Source: Wallemia ichthyophaga EXF-994 (Eukaryota > Fungi > Basidiomycota). Taken from it: DNA of 32,000 bases. Position 1 is the stretch's first letter; each line of letters begins with the position of its first letter. The notes below the pieces were generated by a model. That model did no database searches. It saw only the letters and a list, made by a program, of their open reading frames with translations, and had not been told where the DNA came from. The stretch is from assembly GCF_000400465.1 (NCBI RefSeq), contig NW_008806277.1:60001-92000 (forward strand), in the 5' to 3' direction. Below are positions 21,389-32,000 of the stretch, one piece after another. A program made the position numbers and the translations under genes.

Positions 21389-24300
21389 ATGTATTGGCGA
21401 TTAGGATTCGGGGTTAATAAAGAGATTGATCAGATACTCGATAACCATAACGTCGAGCTTGAAGAGATCCTACAAGAAGATTCCGTCGTACACGAATCTA
21501 AATCTCATAATTACAGACTGATAGAGTATTTGACACTGCCGCATAACCTCAGAAAGCTTCTAAGCTACTCTATTGGCAAGGCAACAGTTGATGACGACAG
21601 GAATAAGCTGAGGTGGGTCTTTTAATACTTTAAACTCTTCAATCATCTCAATTCACCTCATTCATTTAAGATTCCCGTACGTGGCCACCGAGATATTGTC
21701 CAGTGATATTCCTGCGATACACAATACTCTACTAGAGCCTTCAAATCGCAACGAGTACATACAGCCATTCTGGGATTTTATTATCAACAAGTCCACCCAA
21801 GAGTTGAATGATTTAAACCCCTTTGTCGGCTATTGGGGAAAAATATTGGCAAAATTGTTAGACACTAAGTCAGATCAAGTGGTTGAATTCCTCAAAGCTC
21901 AACCATCTCCTATAGATTCGTTCCTCAAACACATTGAAACTCCCGTTATCGGTGATTTACTATTTAGATTAATTGTCTCTGATCACCATAACTCATCTCT
22001 CATTGAGTTTTTCACTCAATCAGATTTCATACCAAAATTATCAAATATTCTCTCTTCAGAATACTCAAAAGATGCTCATTTAGCTGTTTCTGACTTGATG
22101 AAAACTGTCATCACATTCTCTGCACCTTCTCCGCCTGCAGCCAATGGTGATAATCAAATTTATATTTCAAACAACTTGGCAAGACAGCTTGCAAGTGATG
22201 ACCTGGTTAATAAGCTTATCAATTTTATCCTAGATGACGTTCCAGTTGGCAACAAAGTCGATAGCGGCGACATATCCACAAATCACCTTCCTGATTCTAT
22301 TAATGACTCGAGTAATGAACCCAATAATGAGAAACTTGCATCAGTTACTTCTTCACTCATCTCCATCTTATCCATTTATATAGAACTCATTAGAAAAAAC
22401 AATGCTGATTTCAGCGAACCGCATTTATTCCACACACTTAGAAACAAACTCATTACCATACAACAATCTCAGCATCAAGAGTCTATCAACAGCCTCAACG
22501 AAGATGATACTAGTAGCGTGAGTAACATGAGTAACCTCAACGACGAACAGTTGTCTAAAAAGGAAGAAGAAAAGGAACAGTCTGACAAAGACACATTAGA
22601 GGAAGCAATGAATCAAATGTCTCAATCTATCGGTATAGTACATTTAGGCTCGATATTGAAGGCTTTCACGAATAGATTGTCAGACTTTCAGAGCCTGCTC
22701 AATCATCCGCGCAGCTACAAAGGCATGATCATGTCTTCAACTGGCCCTATCAAGCCTCTAACATTTGAGAGGTTCAGGATATGTGAACTTTATGCTGAGT
22801 TGCTCCATTGTTCGAATATGGCCATCTTCAATAGACCAGCGTTTAACGGTCCACACTATGACGGCTACGGGAGGCTGATTGGTGGACTGGAAGCATTAAC
22901 ACAGCTATCGCGAGCACTGTCAGATAGCGAGGAAACGGACGAAAATGAGGAAATGGAAGAGATACCCGTAGACGCACCTCATTCAGACTCCACTCATTCG
23001 GACTCTACACATCCACACACACCCCATACAGCAGAACGCTCTGAGAATACTCAACAACTACCACAATCAACGTCTAGTTTGTCCATACCTCACGCTCACA
23101 CTGACGATAACCAATCGACGCAACTCACTACAGGGGAGAGTCTTAAGAAAGCGTTGATAAACAACGGAATTCTTAAAACGCTCACAGACCTCTTTTTCGA
23201 GTACGCTAGCAATCCATTTCTGCACAACGTAGTCTACGACGTGATACTGCAGGTGCTGAATGCACCGTTGGAGCGTGGACTAAATATGGAAGTCGCAGTG
23301 TCTCTTTTTAACGATGCTCGCCTAATAGAGAAACTGTTGATTGGGCATGGCAAGGTGAAGGAGAGCGTTGAGAGGAAGACACCGACACCCGGCTACTCAG
23401 GACATGTGATGCTCATAGCGGATGAATGTCAGAAAGTGTTTGAAAAACACGACACGCTCTATGAACGCATCAAGACGTCCTTCCCACAAGACGAATGGGA
23501 CGCGTTTGTGCAAGGACCACTAAGAACTGTACAGAATCTGGAGAAGGAGCCGTTAGGAGGTATACGTCCGGATACTAACCCATTTGGTCAGTATGGTAAG
23601 GTTGAAGGAGACCAGGACGACAGTGATAGTGATGATGATATCGGTTTCATGAGTGCTGGATTCGGAAGCAGCTATCGAAGCCTGAGTGGACAGTCGCATG
23701 CCAATATCAATTTCGACGAGGATGACGATGACGATGACTCTTTCTTCAGCTCGTTTAGCTTCAAAGGTGCGCATCCGCAGTCGCAGTCGCAGTCGCAGTC
23801 GCAATCGCTGGATGAGGATGATATGAATGAAGTGGCTGGTGGAGGTGCACAAGTGAGTTCTTTACTTTTTTTTTGCTAAACAAAGATTGCTAAGCTTGGT
23901 ATAGCTCAGCAACTTTATGAACACAGATGACGATGAGTTTGGTGATTTCACCCAGGGCGGTATGGATGACGTCGATCCGTTCGGTATGCCGCACTGCAGC
24001 AGCTCTGGTAATCCATTCGGCGACAATTTTGCGCCTGCAGCTACACAAAACCTTACACCAGCAGACTGGTCGCGGGACTTTAAGGAGAGTGTAGACAGCG
24101 AAGGAGAAGGAGCTGCAGACATAGTCAGCACTATCACTATCCCTGATTTCGACGACGACGAACACACGGAACACTCAGAACACATGGAGGAAATGGATCA
24201 CCCAGAGCACTCGCAACACACTCAGAACATCAATGATGCCATTAAAGGTCTTAAGATAGGCAAAGTAGTTGATGAGCGCGAGGCGTCGTCGCAAGCTGAC

Positions 24301-24450
24301 CTCGACACTGGGGCGCCTCTAGGACCTGGCTCTAACGCGGCGGCGGAAGTGACGGACGAGTGTGTCAAGCGCGAAGTGGACGGCGTCGTAGTTGAGGCGC
24401 CGAAAGACGACATGGTGCTGATAGCCGAGGACAGTGCAAAGACGGAATGA
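21389..24450 (+). CDS. SIT4-associated protein (SAPS / PP6 regulatory subunit family), 983 aa; exons 21389-21612, 21671-23852, 23905-24450
   Basis: MYWRLGF, LEEILQED, FPYVATEILS (formed by splicing), LTFERFRICELYAELLHCSN, LFFEYASNPFLHNVVYD, GYSGHVMLIA, acidic C-tail. Introns of 58 and 52 nt are in frame. Confidence 0.93.
23776..23805 (+). repeat. Coding hexanucleotide microsatellite (CGCAGT)4 + CGCAAT, encoding a QS run
   Basis: Directly visible: cgcagtcgcagtcgcagtcgcagtcgcaat. Confidence 0.9.
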
Positions 24451-24520
24451 GACGGGAGTATTGTAATATAAAATGTATACAAGATTCTGTGATAATCGGT
24501 AGTTGCCTTGACTAACAACC

Positions 24521-25360
24521 ATGACTTCAATATTTAAAGGCGCGACCCGGAGCAGCAACTCTGCGAATTCTATTAAGTCTATCAACTCGCTTCCACGCGC
24601 ACTTACCACCATCCCCACCAACACACCACGCCAGCGGCGCACAATCACCACATCTGCATTCATACTAGGCACGTCATGCGCACTAATCGGAGGATATGCG
24701 ATGGGTGCGCTGCGACCGCCGCACGCTCTCGCAATGCTCTACCCCGCACCTGCTCCTGGGCCGCCGTCGCCGCTGAGCGATGCTGGCCAATCGCACACGC
24801 TAGCGCTAGAAAAGGAGATACACCAACTGGCGCATGTTCAGGCCTTGAAGAGCGATAGTGATTGGTATGAGTCCCGTCCCTATGCAGCGATGGAGCAGAA
24901 CCGGGTAATAAACACACTCACAGCCGGCGCTCTCCGTTCACCGGGCCGGTTGGCTATAGCGCCGCTGGTACACGCACGTCACGATGACAGCGAGGCTGTG
25001 GTCACCCTCCATGTCGGCCGCGGGGTCTGCGGGCATGACGGTATCGTGCATGGCGGCCTAATCGCAACGCTGTTCGACGAAAGCCTCGCAAGAACTGCCC
25101 TTCTCTCGCTGCCGGGCAAGACTGGCGTAACTGCTACCCTCAATATCAGCTATAGAGTGCCCGTCAAGGCGGACCAGTTCGTCGTTATTAGGAGCACGCT
25201 CGAAAAGAGGGACGGCAGGAAGGCTTTTGTTAAGGCTGAGCTCTCGGATTTGTCAGGAAAGGCGCACGCTCAGGCTAATGCCCTCTTCATCGAGCCTAGG
25301 TGGTCCTTCTTGGCGGATAAAAAGAATATCAGGAAAGCGTTAGGCACAGAGAAGGCCTAG
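24521..25360 (+). CDS. Hotdog-fold acyl-CoA thioesterase (PaaI/THEM4-like), probably mitochondrial, 279 aa
   Basis: CGHDGIVHGGLIATLFDE, GVTATLNISYRVPV, ALFIEP. The N-terminus is R/S/T-rich with no acidic residues and is followed by a hydrophobic segment. Confidence 0.9.
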   Translation: MTSIFKGATRSSNSANSIKSINSLPRALTTIPTNTPRQRRTITTSAFILGTSCALIGGYAMGALRPPHALAMLYPAPAPGPPSPLSDAGQSHTLALEKEIHQLAHVQALKSDSDWYESRPYAAMEQNRVINTLTAGALRSPGRLAIAPLVHARHDDSEAVVTLHVGRGVCGHDGIVHGGLIATLFDESLARTALLSLPGKTGVTATLNISYRVPVKADQFVVIRSTLEKRDGRKAFVKAELSDLSGKAHAQANALFIEPRWSFLADKKNIRKALGTEKA

Positions 25361-25725
25361 ATTAGTGTAGTTTTGGATTAGATTACGTGTTGCTCTTTTT
25401 TTTTGTTCATGCTTGCATATGTTGATGCTGATACTGGGCTGTATGCCTTTGATGTATGTATGCGTGCCTTTGATGTTTGGCTAGCTGTAGCGCTTCTTGC
25501 AGATTCTTTGAGCCATCATCAACCATCTTCTTTTTCGATTCTTGCAAATGACGAAGGTCTCAGAATTCAATGATATATATTAACGCCAACACAATAGAGA
25601 AAAGGAGCTCTTTTGATAAGTAAAACAAATCAAAGCTAGCACTTGAGCTTCCAGAAGAGTGAAAATATTCACGTGTGTATAAACCTTAATTGAAACATAT
25701 CTTTCACAGCTGCAACGACGATTCA

Positions 25726-26435
25726 ATGAATCTTCAATATCTACCACACGACATTATTGTTGAGATACTCAGCCACCTCAAAGAAGACGAGCATTATACG
25801 TTGCGATCGCTTTGCAGTGGTTTCCACAAGGCATTTCCATCGTCGGAAGAGCTGCTTCTCATAGAGCCAGCCTCCATGACCTGCTAGGACTCCCTCGACA
25901 ATACACGTCAAAATTTCCATAACAAAGTATCGAATGTAAAAGCGGAAAACTTCATTAGCTTGTTAAACAACGTCATTGAGAATCCATCTATCGAATATAA
26001 TAATGTATGTTACCTGAATTGATATAACAACCTTCACTGATAATTATACTAGATCTGCAACTATCAATTTCAACTTACACGAGAATGGTCCTTACAAGAA
26101 AATAGTGAAACTTTTGTCTCTACTTCCAAATTTGTGCAGACTCAAGATGATAACCGCAAAAATGTCGCTGAAAGCTCTGGATTTTCCACTTTGCTTCCAA
26201 AAATTGGAATTGATCTACATTTGGAATCCAGTCATGATGTCAAGTTGGGGGAATCTCCTTCCCAACTCTGAAATGGATTTGCTACGATGATAGGAAATTA
26301 AAAGTAGATAGTTTGAACATAACAGAGCTGGAACAGAGACTAGCAGTCACTTACAAGAATTCCTTACGGTTTCCTAATCGGTCTCTTAATCAAGAAGCTC
26401 GACCAATGCATGATGATTATAAAGCTAACTACTAG
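25726..26435 (+). pseudogene. Disabled F-box / leucine-rich-repeat-like gene
   Basis: F-box-like start MNLQYLPHDIIVEILSHL...LRSLCSGF. In-frame TAG at 25885-25887. A GTATGT...CTGAT...TAG intron at 26005-26052. LRR-like segments (LPNLCRLKMI, FQKLELIYI, PTLKWICY) lie in different frames. Confidence 0.6.
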
Positions 26436-26607
26436 TTCCATATGTCCATTTTATCACACATGCTGATTATACCAAAGGACTTTTGCTGCATTCTGATCAT
26501 GGTGATAGTCCTATCAACTTGTAAAGCAACCGTTGCATATCTTTAGTAAATTAATTGTAATCCCAATAATCTTAAAACAAAAACTAAACATATGAAAAAT
26601 GAACTAG

Positions 26608-28671
26608 TCAGCTCCACGGATTTAGCTCTCTGTAGTCATATAAAACACTATTGAGTGGTGTTTGAGTGGATGTAGATATCGTACTGTTATCATCTTGGTC
26701 ATCTTCATCGTCAATTTCGTATCTATTTTGATATGAATGGCTGTGGCCTGGTATATCCTCCTGCTCATGTTCATTATGCTCCTGATCCTGCTCATTATGG
26801 ACATTATGGACATTGGAGAGACTCTTACGCGTCTGCACGCTCTCCTTAGGCCGCTGGAGGTGAGCGGAAGCTGATGACGCCGACTTGGGCGAGAGGAGTC
26901 GACTAGCCGCGCTCCTTTTGTTTGCGAGAACCTGATCTTCCATATCACGTCTCAAACGCATCTCCTCCTCCCGCGATACGTCTATATGGGGGTAATTGTA
27001 GTCACCGTATGCTGTAGCGTAGTAAGTGTGAGTGTAAGAAATAGCGTCTAAAGACCATCTCCACTCACGCAGTCGCTTCGCCTCAGAATACAATTTATCC
27101 TCTTCAGCTGAAGTTTCTCCGAAACTACACGTCGAGAGGTCGTCGACTGGGCGCTTGCGTCTGCTCGCACTTAAGTTTGCGTTTGCATTTGCAGCTGGCG
27201 AGGAGGTATTGATAGAATTATAGCTGCTGTAGTGGTCGTTAGTCAACCCACTCACTCCTGCTCTATCGCCATCGCCATCGCCATTGCGCACACCGCCGAC
27301 CCAGTATTTCCGAGCACCGCCGCTGGCATAACGCAAACCAGCACCGAGGCGAGTATTGATGGCTCTGCCCTGATGAATCTTGTTCGCTGCGACAGGCTCG
27401 AACTGTCTATAGTCGAACCCGTCGCCCTTGAGCGTCTGGAGGGAATCGATGAAGACATCCTTCATAGCGAACGAGTCCCTGAATGCATATGCCAGCGGGA
27501 GTCGTGAGGAGAGATAAGCGGATTTTGACACATAGTCGCCGCTTGAGAAGGCGAATAGGTGGAGTATTGCGAACAGAGGCATTTCGAAACAGATGAGCAT
27601 ATCACCAATAGCTAGAGAGATATGCTCGTTATCTGTGTATGGTCCGACTAGTTACGCTCGCGTTAGCAAGTTGAGCGTGACAAAAGGAAAAAAAAAAAAC
27701 GCACGTCTCGGAATCGCCCCCACCGCCACAAGGAAGGACACAAGAAGACCTTGCCAAAAAGTGGCAAAAAGAATTCCCTTCACGCATATGAACTTGGGAA
27801 TGGGTCTGAAGCCGCGCAGGTCGTCGTGTACCGTCACCCAGAACATGGCGAGACAGTAGAGTGCAGTACAAATACTGACATTGTATATGAGCTGGACATA
27901 GGTATAACCGGCATTCCAGGCTATGTTTCCGTCATCGTACTTGTCTGTAAGCTTGAGGATGAGGGTAAGGATAGCGAGCAGAGGTTTCACCCAGGCGTAT
28001 TGGAGAATGCCTCTTTTGAGGAAGAGGAAGCTGTGTGCTTACGTGTGGGTGAGCAAAGAGATTTACGAAGCCAAGAAACCTACGATCAGAGACGTCCATT
28101 GAGTCCTGGAAGAAGGTGACCGGGAAAAGGTGCTTGGTGGGCTTGCGGCCGAGGAGAGAAATGATAAGCTGACGTTCACCGCCGCTGAGATGAGTCAGCG
28201 GACAATATTATTCAAAAGCGTCTACTTGCAGGTATTCAACCTGGTATCGGCGTCAGGCGTTAGACGTCATTGTTATCGGTGGAGTGAAACGGGTAAACTT
28301 ACGAGAAGATTAAAGAAACAGTAAATAACGAAAGCCTGTTATAATTAAATATAAACATGTAATCCCAATGTGCCCGACGCACCTCATAAAGATCCCTACC
28401 GACATCGATCCAATACGCAGCATCGAGCGAGAAGAGTGAAATTAGGGACGCGAGAGCGTAAACGGGCAGCCTTAAGAGGAGTGAGATGGGCATGCAACTA
28501 GCGCCACACGCACATGACCAATATCCTCACTGTAAATCTCTGCAGCAGCGGCATACGGTAATTGAGTAAATGCGTCTTAATACCAGCCAGGCTGATAATC
28601 GTGGCGAGCAGTGCAGAAAGCGTACACAGTACAAGGAGCACAGTGGGCAGTTGACTGCCAGATCCTGCCAT
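26608..28671 (-). CDS. TMEM184 / organic solute transporter alpha (OST-alpha, DUF300) family protein, 587 aa; exons 28671-28514, 28470-28383, 28335-28303, 28240-28230, 28184-28084, 28037-27705, 27647-26608
   Basis: Spliced product reads HLLNYRMPLLQRFTVRILVMLPVYA...RDLYEAFVIYCFFNLLVEYLGGER...FLKRGILQY...PIPKFICVKGILFATFWQG...LICFEMPLFAILHLFAFS, all family motifs. Six introns (43, 47, 62, 45, 46, 57 nt), total 1764 nt in frame. Confidence 0.93.
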
Positions 28672-28758
28672 TCTAATCTCTATCTTCACGCTGATGACGG
28701 TATGAAACAAACAAGAAGGAAGAAAAATCAAATTATGTGTATGATACGCACAATCACG

Positions 28759-30073
<1,315 letters not shown>

Positions 30074-30161
30074 TGGTGGTGGTGGTGTAAGCGCAACTGA
30101 ATCTTAAATTTTTATAACTAATATCAGCAATAAATACGAGTTTACAATACATGCAGCCATT

Positions 30162-32000
<1,839 letters not shown>

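Noticed and set aside
8389-25360. Possible lipid or secondary-metabolite gene cluster (PAF-AH, CFA synthase, IDO, thioesterase)
   Set aside because: These genes are interspersed with unrelated housekeeping genes. There is no PKS, NRPS, terpene synthase or pathway transcription factor.
25380-25530. Short minus-strand ORFs (about 37 and 49 codons) and a 12-nt direct repeat TGCCTTTGATGT at 25444 and 25465
   Set aside because: Too short, low complexity and within the likely thioesterase 3' region. No terminal repeats or other element hallmarks.

Overview
Very gene-dense eukaryotic DNA from a fungus, most likely a basidiomycete. The tiny introns, tiny intergenic gaps and protein style suggest Wallemia, but that assignment is inference. 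I assembled spliced models by hand and checked frame across every junction: 17 protein-coding genes plus one disabled F-box/LRR-like locus. In order: APC1 (-), orphan (+), orphan multi-pass membrane protein (-), PAF-acetylhydrolase-like lipase (+), GH5 glucanase (-), FBP1 (-), DUF1771-Smr protein (+), WDR83/MORG1-like WD40 (-), Pcl-type cyclin (-), disordered orphan (+), cyclopropane-fatty-acid synthase (-), indoleamine 2,3-dioxygenase (-), SAPS/PP6 regulatory subunit (+), hotdog thioesterase (+), F-box pseudogene (+), TMEM184/OST-alpha (-), MetAP2 (-) and the 3' part of PRP22 (-). The 26 modelled introns are all 39-62 nt. I saw no rRNA, tRNA, transposon or CRISPR. Most notable: an Smr-family putative RNA endonuclease ending in the CaaX prenylation motif CVIM; an 11-nt microexon followed by a GC-AG intron; two orphan genes fragmented in the ORF track; a possible signal-peptide isoform of the GH5; and gene gaps as short as 24-95 nt.
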